From Pseudomonadota bacterium (GTDB lineage: Bacteria; Pseudomonadota; Alphaproteobacteria; RF32; CAG-239), in the NCBI GenBank assembly GCA_918234285.1, contig CAKJXZ020000027.1, forward strand, positions 1-35,521: 35,521 nucleotides of DNA, in the 5' to 3' direction. This document shows, piece by piece, positions 25,618-34,322 of this stretch. Position 1 is the stretch's first letter. The number at the start of each line of letters is the position of its first letter. A program made the position numbers and the translations under genes. A model generated the notes under the pieces. The model worked only from the letters and a program-made list of their open reading frames with translations, searched no databases and was not told the origin of the DNA.

Positions 25618-26061
25618 TTAAGCATCAAAATTAAAGGTAAGTTGTGGGTTTTGGTCCCAATCTAATCCATATTTTTCAAGTATGTAGCGGAAATCCTGAA
25701 CAGAATGAGGAACAATAAAAGGTGTAAGTTCACCCTGTTTGTCATATTTAATGCCGATGTGCATAAGTTCATGAAGCATAAGCAGCTTTTTCTGCTCTTC
25801 TGTAAGCCTTGCAACATTCGGAATATAAACTGTGATGATAAAATCTGAATCAATGGCCCAGCGTTTGGATGCAGAAACTTTCTCACAGTCTGCATAGGTT
25901 GGACCGAGTTTGCTTTGTTTTTCTCTGTCTGATTCCAGGTAAATAATTTTAAGTCCTGCACTTTGTTTTGCAGCTTTGAGATGCACCATAAGAGGGTGCT
26001 TTACAATAAGCTCTTCTGAAAGCTTTTTGTAAAACTCTGATTGTTTTCGTATTTCTTTCAT
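25618..26061 (-). CDS. Putative phage metallopeptidase
   Basis: DFIITVY...LMLHELMHIG...HSVQDF..ILEKYG (HExxH). Confidence 0.8.
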   Translation of the reverse strand: MKEIRKQSEFYKKLSEELIVKHPLMVHLKAAKQSAGLKIIYLESDREKQSKLGPTYADCEKVSASKRWAIDSDFIITVYIPNVARLTEEQKKLLMLHELMHIGIKYDKQGELTPFIVPHSVQDFRYILEKYGLDWDQNPQLTFNFDA

Positions 26062-26098
26062 AAAAAAAAATGCCGTATACGAGACAGCGTATACGGCA
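26062..26098 (-). terminator. Strong intrinsic terminator
   Basis: Perfect 11-bp stem tgccgtatacg/cgtatacggca followed by U9. Confidence 0.85.
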
Positions 26099-26146
26099 AC
26101 AGGAGTATCTTTTCCCTGGTCAAGGTATGTTTATATTAATGTCATT

Positions 26147-26347
26147 TTATAAAATATCAAGCAGCTTTTTAGTACAATATTCAGAAACACTTAAGCCATG
26201 CTTTGCAGCATCGGCTTTTATTTTTGCCTTGTCTGATTCAGTGCATACAATTGACATTGTACAGGTCCGAGGCTCTGAACCTTTCGCTTTTCTGCCACCA
26301 CCGTGATAACCGTAACCGGTGTATTTTTTTTGTTTTTCTTCTGTCAT
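26147..26347 (-). CDS. Ribbon-helix-helix-type DNA-binding protein
   Basis: YHGGGRK...TMSIVCTESDKAKIKADAAKHGLSVSEY. May extend further upstream across the T8 run at 26431-26438. Confidence 0.65.
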   Translation of the reverse strand: MTEEKQKKYTGYGYHGGGRKAKGSEPRTCTMSIVCTESDKAKIKADAAKHGLSVSEYCTKKLLDIL

Positions 26348-26491
26348 TTTATCCCTTTCTTCAAATCCATCTTGATAAGCTTGTTTTAAATCCTCAATTG
26401 TAGGTGTTTCAATTCCCTCAACTTCTCTGCAAAAAAAACTGCATTTACATAAGTATCTATTTGTTCATTTGTAAGCTGCCTCATTTTAAGC

Positions 26492-26707
26492 CTATTCAAT
26501 CTCCTGTAAAAACTTTTCTGTTTCTTCAATCAGCTCTGAATAATCGTGTTCAAAATCTTCATCACAAGCTTTGCTTATCCGCATAAACTCATTAAGAAGT
26601 TTTTTAGCCTGTTCCACTTCTTTTTTAATACTTTTTGTCTTTGCATTTTCATTTTCTTCTGCAAGAGCCATACTTGCTCCTATTCCCCATAATAAAGCAC
26701 CTATCAT
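26492..26707 (-). CDS. Hypothetical moron protein
   Basis: 71-aa ORF abutting the upstream gene. Confidence 0.55.
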   Translation of the reverse strand: MIGALLWGIGASMALAEENENAKTKSIKKEVEQAKKLLNEFMRISKACDEDFEHDYSELIEETEKFLQEIE

Positions 26708-27181
26708 CTATTCAATCTCCTTTTCTACAAAGATATAATCTTCTTCCGGCTTATAATCTTCTGGCAGTTCAAGCTCTTTTATATTTACAAGATAACCCAA
26801 ACCACCAATCTTGCCATATAAAACCCAATTAACAGATTCACCTGTGACTTTCTTCCACCAGTTCTCAATTATAATTATATTACCTTTCAAGTAACCTTTT
26901 ATGATTTTCAACTTCTTGTTTGCAAGAGAAGAAGATTTTAACTCTTTTTCCACATATTGCTCAGATGGACCATAATAAAGTTTTACAAACTGCTCTTTAG
27001 GTATACCAACAAGCTTAATATCATCCTCCATTACCTGTTTGTAATATCCTCGCATTCTTTCTCTGTAGTCTGGCATTGAAAGTGGAACTAAAACACACTC
27101 TTTTTCAGACAGACGCAACATTGACTTCATACAACGATAACAGGCCTCTAAAGTGTTCATAACAATCATATACCGTTTCAA
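26708..27181 (-). CDS. Hypothetical moron protein
   Basis: 157 aa with TTG start behind GGAGGT. Confidence 0.65.
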   Translation of the reverse strand: MKRYMIVMNTLEACYRCMKSMLRLSEKECVLVPLSMPDYRERMRGYYKQVMEDDIKLVGIPKEQFVKLYYGPSEQYVEKELKSSSLANKKLKIIKGYLKGNIIIIENWWKKVTGESVNWVLYGKIGGLGYLVNIKELELPEDYKPEEDYIFVEKEIE

Positions 27182-27185
27182 TTGA

Positions 27186-27523
27186 TTTACCTCCAGCCCC
27201 TTTAAGGGGCTTTACTTCTTAATCTTCTGGATAGAAAGTATTTTTGAAACCTTCTTCACCATAAAACTCAATCAGATTTTCTTTATCAAAATTGAAATTG
27301 TGAGTTCTGCCATCCTTTGAAATGTTTTTGCTGATTTCGCAAATACTGCCAGTTTCAGCATCACAACAGCCAGAGAAAATGAGCTTTGCAGCATCTTCAA
27401 TACATTCTCCAAAACACTCATTATACCAGGTATCAAAATCTAAATCGGTTTTAATAACTTCCCAAATTTTTTTTCCAAGTTCAATATTTTTCATCCTTTA
27501 CCTCCAGCCCCTGTAAAAGGGGC
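27186..27523 (-). repeat. Repeated hairpin plus RBS intergenic element
   Basis: tttacctccagcccct...aaggggc at 27186-27210 and 27497-27523. Confidence 0.85.
27219..27494 (-). CDS. Hypothetical acidic moron protein
   Basis: 91 aa with GGAGGT RBS. Confidence 0.7.
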   Translation of the reverse strand: MKNIELGKKIWEVIKTDLDFDTWYNECFGECIEDAAKLIFSGCCDAETGSICEISKNISKDGRTHNFNFDKENLIEFYGEEGFKNTFYPED

Positions 27524-27530
27524 GTTATGT

Positions 27531-27728
27531 TTATAATTCAATATAAGCGTATCTCAAATCCATCTCAGATAACTTCTTTTCATCATAACCGAATGCTTCG
27601 TGAATCAAACACATAATCATATCGTTTATTGCTGATTCAGGACATTCAACAATCTCTGATTTACTTGTTGGATTTAACAAGTTACCGTCAAACCTTGCAT
27701 CTCTTACTGTTATTCTAAACTGTTTCAT
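27531..27728 (-). CDS. Hypothetical moron protein
   Basis: 65 aa with AAGGAG RBS; first gene after the promoter. Confidence 0.7.
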   Translation of the reverse strand: MKQFRITVRDARFDGNLLNPTSKSEIVECPESAINDMIMCLIHEAFGYDEKKLSEMDLRYAYIEL

Positions 27729-27765
27729 ATTTTTGCTCCTTGGGTTTTCGTTACCCTATGTTTAT

Positions 27766-27794
27766 AATATACTATAATTATTTTGTATTGTCAA
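27766..27794 (-). promoter_or_regulatory. Near-consensus sigma-70 promoter of the moron operon
   Basis: TTGACA, 17-nt spacer, TATATT, with an AT-rich upstream region. Confidence 0.85.
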
Positions 27795-27815
27795 TAGTAA
27801 AACAAAAAAAATAAT

Positions 27816-27851
27816 AAAAAAAAGCTGCAAATATCACCGATACTTGCAGCT
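27816..27851 (-). terminator. Terminator after terL
   Basis: agctgcaa-a-tatc-acc-gata-c-ttgcagct with a U-run. Confidence 0.75.
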
Positions 27852-27942
27852 GAGCAAAGAAGATGAGGTTTTATCCTCATACAACTTGAAACAGTTTGAT
27901 GCTTTTATCATAAACAATTTTCTCAATTCATACAAGTATTGA

Positions 27943-29616
27943 TTATGAAATCATATCCTCAACGCTTAAATCCTTGTTTGCAGCTTCATCTGCAAGTGCA
28001 ACTTCAAGCCGATTATTTGCCATAATTGAGGTTATAACTCCATCTATGCGCTTGCTTGTTTTGTTTGTATCTGGTTTTAACGGTTTAATATTGCCTTGTG
28101 GGTCCGGCTTTACAGTACAGCAGGAACGCATCCAGTCCATCACCGGATTGTTGTCAATAATCTTTCCTTCTGCAATTGCCTGTTCCCAGGCTTTGGAAGG
28201 CTCGCTCATTCCGGTAATTGACTGATTAAACTCAACGCAATCAAACTCAGCTGCAAGGTCCTGAATCAAAAACTCTGACAAGTTTCTATCATATGCAATT
28301 TCCTGAATGTTATACTTTTTGGAATCTTCCCGGATGATGTTAAGCATAAATGAAAAGTCCTGTGTTTCGCCCGGTGTTGCAATAATATACCCCAGCTTTA
28401 TCCACTGCTTAATCAAAAAAGAATCTGTTTTCATTTTAGGTTCAATCTGCTCTTCTGGAATAAAAAAATAGTGCTTCGCATACCGCTTGCCATTTTTAAG
28501 CGCAAAGTACCAGGTGAGGGCAGTGAAGTCTAAACGTTTTGAAAGGTCAATACCACCCCAGCAGCGCAAGCCTTCAAGATTCTTTTCTGAAAAACGTTTT
28601 TTGCATTTGCTCCACTGTCTGTCATTTATCCAGTTTTCAGAAACATTCAGCCATTCATTCAGATTCTTAGTCCTGAAAGCCGCCTCATCCGATGATACTT
28701 GCAAAGCGTTTTTATAGCTGAGCATCATTGATTCCATCTTTACAGAAACATTGATATTGGGATTTGCTTTATACCAGTTCTTAGGATTTTTCCAGTCATC
28801 GCCCGGCTCAATTTCATAAATGATGCAGAAATACTCTTCATTTTCATAACCTTTTGTTTTAGACAAAAGCTTTTCAGCGCGCTTATACTCATAATAGCAT
28901 GGAACGTTCTTGTCTGTTCCGGCGGTTGTGATAATGAATATCAACGGTTGAGAGCGTGACTGCATCGCCGTCTGGATGTTGTCAATCTGCTCTGTGTTCT
29001 TGTGAATGTGGTATTCATCAATAATGGCACAAGAAGGGTTTACACCTTCAAGAGACTTTGCTTCTTTTGAGACAGGCTTCATTACGCCATCTTTGTACAT
29101 TAAAGAATTGGAAAAAGGCGTGATATATTTTTTCAGAAGCTTTGAATATTGAACTGTTTTTTTTGCATCATTAAATACTATGGCTGCCTGATCGCGTTTT
29201 GTGGCCGCACAAATAACTTCTGCACCAGGTTCTGAAATCAAATCATATAAACCAACACCAGCTGCAAGAAAAGATTTTCCGTTTTTTTTTGCAACTTGTA
29301 CATATACACGGCGAAAACGCCTTGTATTATTATCAACTCTACGCCATCCGTATATACTCGCAATTATAAACTGTTGCCAGGGTTCCGGCTTTAAGTTTTG
29401 CCCCGCAAGTTCTCCTTTTGTATGCACAAGCTGGCAGAAAAAAAGTATTGCTTTTTGTGCTTTTTTATGGTCAAAATAATAAGGAAAGCTGCCTTCTTCA
29501 GCACGCTTCAGGTCAGAAACGTGCCTCTGTACAGCCTGTTTTACTTTCTTACAAACAGAAATCTTATGATTGAGTACATCATCAACGTATTGCAGATAAG
29601 TGAAATTATATGCCAT
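27943..29616 (-). CDS. terL: Terminase large subunit
   Basis: PWQQF, Walker A VAKKNGKS, Walker B IIDEYH, ITTAG, GIDLS, RIDGV. Confidence 0.96.
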   Translation of the reverse strand: MAYNFTYLQYVDDVLNHKISVCKKVKQAVQRHVSDLKRAEEGSFPYYFDHKKAQKAILFFCQLVHTKGELAGQNLKPEPWQQFIIASIYGWRRVDNNTRRFRRVYVQVAKKNGKSFLAAGVGLYDLISEPGAEVICAATKRDQAAIVFNDAKKTVQYSKLLKKYITPFSNSLMYKDGVMKPVSKEAKSLEGVNPSCAIIDEYHIHKNTEQIDNIQTAMQSRSQPLIFIITTAGTDKNVPCYYEYKRAEKLLSKTKGYENEEYFCIIYEIEPGDDWKNPKNWYKANPNINVSVKMESMMLSYKNALQVSSDEAAFRTKNLNEWLNVSENWINDRQWSKCKKRFSEKNLEGLRCWGGIDLSKRLDFTALTWYFALKNGKRYAKHYFFIPEEQIEPKMKTDSFLIKQWIKLGYIIATPGETQDFSFMLNIIREDSKKYNIQEIAYDRNLSEFLIQDLAAEFDCVEFNQSITGMSEPSKAWEQAIAEGKIIDNNPVMDWMRSCCTVKPDPQGNIKPLKPDTNKTSKRIDGVITSIMANNRLEVALADEAANKDLSVEDMIS

Positions 29617-30983
29617 TAACTAACCATTTCCTTAAGAATCTGTGAAAATAAAGCTTTTGCAAAATTAGGTGGAACTGCATTTCCAATCTGTTTTACAACT
29701 TCAACTTTATTTCCTGTGAACTCATACTCTGCCGGAAATCCGGTTGCGGCAGCAAGTTCATTAGGTTGCAACATTCTGAAGCCGAGTTCAATACCATAAT
29801 TATCAGTTCCAACAATTGCATAACGTTCCTTAGTTGTTAATGTAGGAATCGGCTCTGTCAATGGAACCGCGTGCCCATTGCCATAATACTGTATCAACAT
29901 CGGTGAAACTAAACAGTGCTCCTGCTTTGTACAGATTGTTGAAAGCGGTTCTTCAATACGTCTGTTTCTCTGCTTAGCTGAACTCTGTCCGATTCCACAA
30001 ATAAAAGGCTCAACTAAGCCGTATCTGTTTGAACAGTCAAGAGTAGGCAAGGTCTCTTGAATTGAATGTACTCTATTGTTTCCCTGGTTATAACGGCATA
30101 AAAAAGGAGTTATCAACATATGATGAGCACCACTGCAAGAGATTGTTGACAAAGAATTATCAAGGCTTTCAGCCTTTGAGTTCCCGTAAAGTCTTGCAAT
30201 AAAAGGAACCGCAGCATCTCCCCAGAACTCTCTGATTCCATATTCAATTCTTTTCAATGTTGCCGCCGCAAGAGGCTTTTTTCGTTTGCTTATAATCTGT
30301 GATGGAATTGACCAGTCAATTATTTCTGATGCACTGTGCCAGTCTGGAAGCAACAAATCACCTCCTTTTGTATTGGTAGGCTCCGGCCATAAAATCTTTT
30401 TTCCACAATCTTTTCTGACTGCCTGAATAAAAAGCCGCCGCCGTGACGTTGGAGCTCCATAATCAGCTGCACACAAAATACGCCAGTCAACAATATAATT
30501 TAAAGAACGTAAACCAGTTATAAAAGCATTAAATGTTTTACCCTTGCAATCTTTGATTATTTTTCCATCAATATCAAGAGGCCCCCAGGTTCTGAACTCT
30601 GGAACATTCTCTATAATAATTCGTTTAGGGCGCAATTCTTCTGCAAACCTTAAAACTTCCCAAGCAGGGCTTCTCATATCTTCTGAACGAGGCTTACCAC
30701 CACGCGCAACAGAGAAGTGCTGACAGCCTGGGCTAGCCCACATCAAATCAGTATTTCTGGAAGCTGCAAGCGTTCTAGGTTCAATGTGCTGCACGTTTTC
30801 ACACCTATGCTCAGCAAAAGGATAATTTTTTGCATGAGTTTCAATGGCACGTTCCCAGTGATTTATTGCACTCATATTAACCTCAAAATTGTAATCATGA
30901 GCAGCTTCTATAAGTCCGGTAGATTCTCCACCGCCACCACAAAACATATCAACTATATTTAATTTATTCCCACTCAAAATCAA
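29616..30983 (-). CDS. C5 DNA cytosine methyltransferase (orphan)
   Basis: DMFCGGGG, WASPGC, ENVPEF, RRRLF, QIGNAVPP; repeated EPLSTI-like central units. Confidence 0.93.
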   Translation of the reverse strand: MILSGNKLNIVDMFCGGGGESTGLIEAAHDYNFEVNMSAINHWERAIETHAKNYPFAEHRCENVQHIEPRTLAASRNTDLMWASPGCQHFSVARGGKPRSEDMRSPAWEVLRFAEELRPKRIIIENVPEFRTWGPLDIDGKIIKDCKGKTFNAFITGLRSLNYIVDWRILCAADYGAPTSRRRLFIQAVRKDCGKKILWPEPTNTKGGDLLLPDWHSASEIIDWSIPSQIISKRKKPLAAATLKRIEYGIREFWGDAAVPFIARLYGNSKAESLDNSLSTISCSGAHHMLITPFLCRYNQGNNRVHSIQETLPTLDCSNRYGLVEPFICGIGQSSAKQRNRRIEEPLSTICTKQEHCLVSPMLIQYYGNGHAVPLTEPIPTLTTKERYAIVGTDNYGIELGFRMLQPNELAAATGFPAEYEFTGNKVEVVKQIGNAVPPNFAKALFSQILKEMVS

Positions 30984-31248
30984 ACTCCTGTTGTATACTT
31001 TTCTTATTCAATTTTTCTTTCAGCCATACTTCAATGTTTTTACAGCAATAATAATTTTCACTTATTTTTTCATGTATGGATTTTGGAGCAGGCACGGTTT
31101 TATAAAACTCATAAGCTTCTTCCATCGTTCTAAATGGTTGACTATAAGAAGTCCAAACCTGTCTGTCTCTACCGGTCCAGTGTCCATCATATTCCACATA
31201 AAATGGAGCTGAACATCCATAATAACTACGCATTACTTTTAAGTTCAT
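30964..31248 (-). CDS. Hypothetical protein
   Basis: 94-aa ORF overlapping both neighbours. Confidence 0.55.
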   Translation of the reverse strand: MNLKVMRSYYGCSAPFYVEYDGHWTGRDRQVWTSYSQPFRTMEEAYEFYKTVPAPKSIHEKISENYYCCKNIEVWLKEKLNKKSIQQEFDFEWE

Positions 31249-31705
31249 TCACAAACTCTACAGCTAGAAAATGAATATATTCTGAATATGTTTTGAACTT
31301 TCCACTTTGAATATCATTAAAATACTTATCTTCATCGTAATTATAATCTGTATATAAATCACTTACACAAGAATAATCATTATTAATATTTTGCTGGAAC
31401 CAATCATCATCCGTTACCTTTTCATAAAAATCATTATCTATTTTTGCAATTTCCTGAATAATTAAACCAACAATCCAGTCATTCCCCTGCGGATTCCATT
31501 GACCGCTTAAAGATTTAAAAATGACACTCATGCAGCTTTTTAAATATAAAATATCCCATTCTTCAGGTTCTATAATCACCTGATAACCTTTCCCCCTATA
31601 ACCAGGTTTATTTAAACTATTTTGACTTTCTGTATAAACAAAGTTTTCTACACGCGGATAATCACCAAAAAAATTATAAAAATCATCATAAGTTTTTATT
31701 GCCAT
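31226..31705 (-). CDS. Hypothetical AT-rich protein
   Basis: 159 aa with AGGAG RBS. Confidence 0.65.
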   Translation of the reverse strand: MAIKTYDDFYNFFGDYPRVENFVYTESQNSLNKPGYRGKGYQVIIEPEEWDILYLKSCMSVIFKSLSGQWNPQGNDWIVGLIIQEIAKIDNDFYEKVTDDDWFQQNINNDYSCVSDLYTDYNYDEDKYFNDIQSGKFKTYSEYIHFLAVEFVNELKSNA

Positions 31706-31733
31706 TTATCTATCTCCTAAAATTCACTTTTTT

Positions 31734-32039
31734 TTATTCATCATCATCTATCCACAATTTAAGCTCATTTATTTTTAATGATTCATCAATTCTTTTATTT
31801 AAATCCGGAACTTTTTTGGCAATAAACTCACAAATACTTTCAAAACCAAATTTCTGCAAAGAACCAACACGATTGATAACAATTAAGCCGGTTGATTTTT
31901 CAAGAATAAAACAAATTCCATTAACTTTTACATAACAAAAAGTAATTTTCTTTGTATCACTTATAGTTGTATAAGAAAATATAGGTTCACCTATTTCTTC
32001 TGCATAAATTTCACCTTTTACAACAATTCTCATTAACAT
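31734..32039 (-). CDS. Hypothetical AT-rich protein
   Basis: 101 aa with GGAGGT RBS. Confidence 0.6.
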   Translation of the reverse strand: MLMRIVVKGEIYAEEIGEPIFSYTTISDTKKITFCYVKVNGICFILEKSTGLIVINRVGSLQKFGFESICEFIAKKVPDLNKRIDESLKINELKLWIDDDE

Positions 32040-32058
32040 TTACTACCTCCAGAAACAT

Positions 32059-32118
32059 ACCGCCCACAAGGGGCGGCAATTAAAGAGCCGCTTAGGACTT
32101 TGCCCTAAGCTCCGATTA
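32059..32118 (-). promoter_or_regulatory. IMH and two hairpins downstream of VR2
   Basis: 55/60 identical to 11347-11406; gcttaggac-ttt-gccctaagc and ccgccc-acaag-gggcgg. Confidence 0.85.
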
Positions 32119-32731
32119 CGAAGCGGGGACGGACGTAAATGCCCGTATAACCAGCGTTGCTGTAGTCCGCATTGCCAATGTTGTTCACATCGCAGAAGGT
32201 AGCAGCCGAGAGAACCGCCTTTGTTAAAAGCCACCACCACTCACTGTAATCTTTATACATAGCAATTTTATGTTTAGGTTCCTTAAACCAATCTATTTGT
32301 CCCTCTCCATTTTCATCACCAAAGACTTCTGGTTCTGAGAGAATATTGCAGACAAAAGTAATATCAAGCCCTGTCTCTCTTAAGAAAGCTGGAGCAAATA
32401 CATCTACAAGATACCTGTTTAAGAAGCTTGTTTTGTATGATTTTTCTTTATTTTTTTCAAAAGGAGCTAGCGGCATATAAAAGAGCGCATTATCAAATAA
32501 ATAATGTCTTTCACCATATTTGTTTTCAATGCAATAAAGCTTTGTTTCAGGCGTTTCAAACTCTTTACATTCTACATAACTGCCATCAAACTCCTTACTG
32601 CATCCCGGTAAAGTAAAAGATGGAATTATGGAATAAGCTCCAACCTGTACATCCTTTGAAAAAAGTTCTTCCAAAGTAACTTTCTTTTCTTCAAAAATCA
32701 TAAGATCCTCCTGTTTTATAATTAACTGCAT
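32105..32731 (-). CDS. DGR target 2 (remote): DUF6273-like C-type-lectin-fold protein
   Basis: ILSEPEVFG, QIDWF and WWWL motifs; ends in VRPRFVIGA exactly like target 1; contains VR2. Confidence 0.9.
   Translation of the reverse strand: MQLIIKQEDLMIFEEKKVTLEELFSKDVQVGAYSIIPSFTLPGCSKEFDGSYVECKEFETPETKLYCIENKYGERHYLFDNALFYMPLAPFEKNKEKSYKTSFLNRYLVDVFAPAFLRETGLDITFVCNILSEPEVFGDENGEGQIDWFKEPKHKIAMYKDYSEWWWLLTKAVLSAATFCDVNNIGNADYSNAGYTGIYVRPRFVIGA
32119..32222 (-). repeat. Variable repeat VR2
   Basis: 12 mismatches to TR in 104 nt: 10 at TR adenines and 2 adjacent non-A changes (32211-32212) near the 5' edge. Confidence 0.95.
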
Positions 32732-32738
32732 TTTGCAG

Positions 32739-33050
32739 CTATTTCACCGTTTCAATAAATCTTTCACACACTGCCACAACCTGAACAGCTTCTTGTGCCA
32801 GAAATACAGCATTCTTTTTTACCTGATTTATACATTCATCAGTCACAAAGTTCACTCTTATGGACTTCCATAATACATTGAGGTTCTGATTTACAGCTTT
32901 TAAAGCATCAGCTGCTTCTTCAACTTCTTCTTTAAGAACTGCATAACCTTCATGATTACTGTTATAAGTTGGACCGTAATTTTTTACGATGTTCTGAAGC
33001 TCATAAACTATTGCCTGGTTAATACTTTCCTTTGCTTTTTCTGCTAACAT
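32739..33050 (-). CDS. MazG-like all-alpha nucleotide pyrophosphohydrolase
   Basis: SNHEGYAVLKEEVEEA...EAVQVVAV acidic motif. Confidence 0.6.
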   Translation of the reverse strand: MLAEKAKESINQAIVYELQNIVKNYGPTYNSNHEGYAVLKEEVEEAADALKAVNQNLNVLWKSIRVNFVTDECINQVKKNAVFLAQEAVQVVAVCERFIETVK

Positions 33051-33065
33051 TTATAAAACTCCTTT

Positions 33066-33272
33066 TTAGTCATTTTCTCTAATCTCCTCTTCTTGACTTC
33101 TTAGAAACATCTTCAAACGCCCAGCACAAGTTTCACACAAATCTTTTTTTATTTGACAATTGGGCTTTAATTCTCCTAGTGATTTACCAACTTCAAAATT
33201 GTCTAAACCATAAGACAATATATAACCTTTTTTATAAATAACTCCGCACTTATCACACTTCTTTACTGTCAT
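33066..33272 (-). CDS. Small zinc-binding hypothetical protein
   Basis: CDKCG...DLCETC. Confidence 0.6.
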   Translation of the reverse strand: MTVKKCDKCGVIYKKGYILSYGLDNFEVGKSLGELKPNCQIKKDLCETCAGRLKMFLRSQEEEIREND

Positions 33273-33643
33273 TTTTTTTCAACCTCACCCAATTCTCTTT
33301 TTAAAACTTCATCAACTGTATGTTCAAAATAATCAGTCCATGAACCATTTATTTTATCATATTCTTTTAGAGCTTTTGCAAAATGCCTTATACCTTTTAT
33401 GTATGCAGTTTTTTGTTTTTCTTTCAGTTCTGTGTTTTCATTTTGCAGCTTAAGTGTCGCTTCAATTTGCATATCCAGATTATCACTGAAATATTTACAA
33501 TCCTTTTCAAGCTTTACAATCTTCTTTTCCCTAGAAACTGCACCTGTGATGTAACCATTTACATAACAATCTCTATGTATTTGGTCATTCAACACACATT
33601 TCTTTTCTGCTTCCTGTTCAAGTTCTTCTTTTGTCATATTCAC
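33269..33643 (-). CDS. Hypothetical coiled-coil protein
   Basis: 124-aa ORF within a coupled gene string. Confidence 0.6.
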   Translation of the reverse strand: MNMTKEELEQEAEKKCVLNDQIHRDCYVNGYITGAVSREKKIVKLEKDCKYFSDNLDMQIEATLKLQNENTELKEKQKTAYIKGIRHFAKALKEYDKINGSWTDYFEHTVDEVLKRELGEVEKK

Positions 33644-33645
33644 TC

Positions 33646-33855
33646 CTAATTTATAAAATGCAGCTGATTTAAAGCTTTTCTACCTTGTAACGCATTTTCA
33701 CAGGAAATAATTCTTAACCTGTGAAGAGTTTTACTATCAGGCTCTCCATCCTTCCACATTTCTTTTGCTTTCTCAAATCCATATAAATCTACAGCTACAA
33801 TCTTCTCTGGACTTACAAAACCACCTTTTTCTGTTACAAACTCGCTGATTGTCAT
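33646..33855 (-). CDS. Hypothetical protein
   Basis: 69 aa with GGAGGT RBS. Confidence 0.6.
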   Translation of the reverse strand: MTISEFVTEKGGFVSPEKIVAVDLYGFEKAKEMWKDGEPDSKTLHRLRIISCENALQGRKALNQLHFIN

Positions 33856-33872
33856 TTAATACCTCCATCAGT

Positions 33873-34073
33873 TCATTTCCATTCCTTTTCCAACACATAA
33901 TGCACATACATAACATTTTCTATTGTGCTAGATGTACAGAGCTTTATTCTAAAACCACTTTGTATTAAATCATCTAACTTCTTTTTTGATTCATCAAATA
34001 ACTCAGATACCTCTTCTGAGTTTTCAACAACCCATACTGCCGGCATCGAAATAAATGTAGTCTCAATCATCAA
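33873..34073 (-). CDS. Hypothetical protein
   Basis: 66 aa, coupled to the upstream stop. Confidence 0.55.
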   Translation of the reverse strand: MMIETTFISMPAVWVVENSEEVSELFDESKKKLDDLIQSGFRIKLCTSSTIENVMYVHYVLEKEWK

Positions 34074-34322
34074 AACACCTCTGTAAAAGATTTCACTTTT
34101 TCATAAAACTCTTTCTTACTCAGGTAACCTGTTCCGCCATCAGAATATGACTGTTTTTTTTTCATTCCAATCAAAAATGATGCCGTAAAAATATTCTTCA
34201 TTATTTCCGCTGGAACAGAAATAACCAACACGCTTTTCATTTTTAATTCTGATGTTTTTTCCCTTATCATCATGAATTGTGTAATCCTTCATAATACAGG
34301 CAATTATTGATTTTCCACTCAT
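34070..34322 (-). CDS. Hypothetical protein frameshifted at the A9 run 34154-34162
   Basis: Removing one A joins ORF 34140..34322 to the C-part of ORF 34070..34273, restoring coupling at both ends. Confidence 0.5.

Noticed and set aside
25618-26061. Metallopeptidase as an ImmA/IrrE-type antirepressor
   Set aside because: The motif context fits the stand-alone phage metallopeptidase family and it is far from cI.
222-33649. Other plus-strand and nested ORFs in the track (e.g. 222..446, 3974..4270, 8097..8645, 20740..21096, 29201..29479)
   Set aside because: They overlap well-supported genes and show no recognisable motifs.
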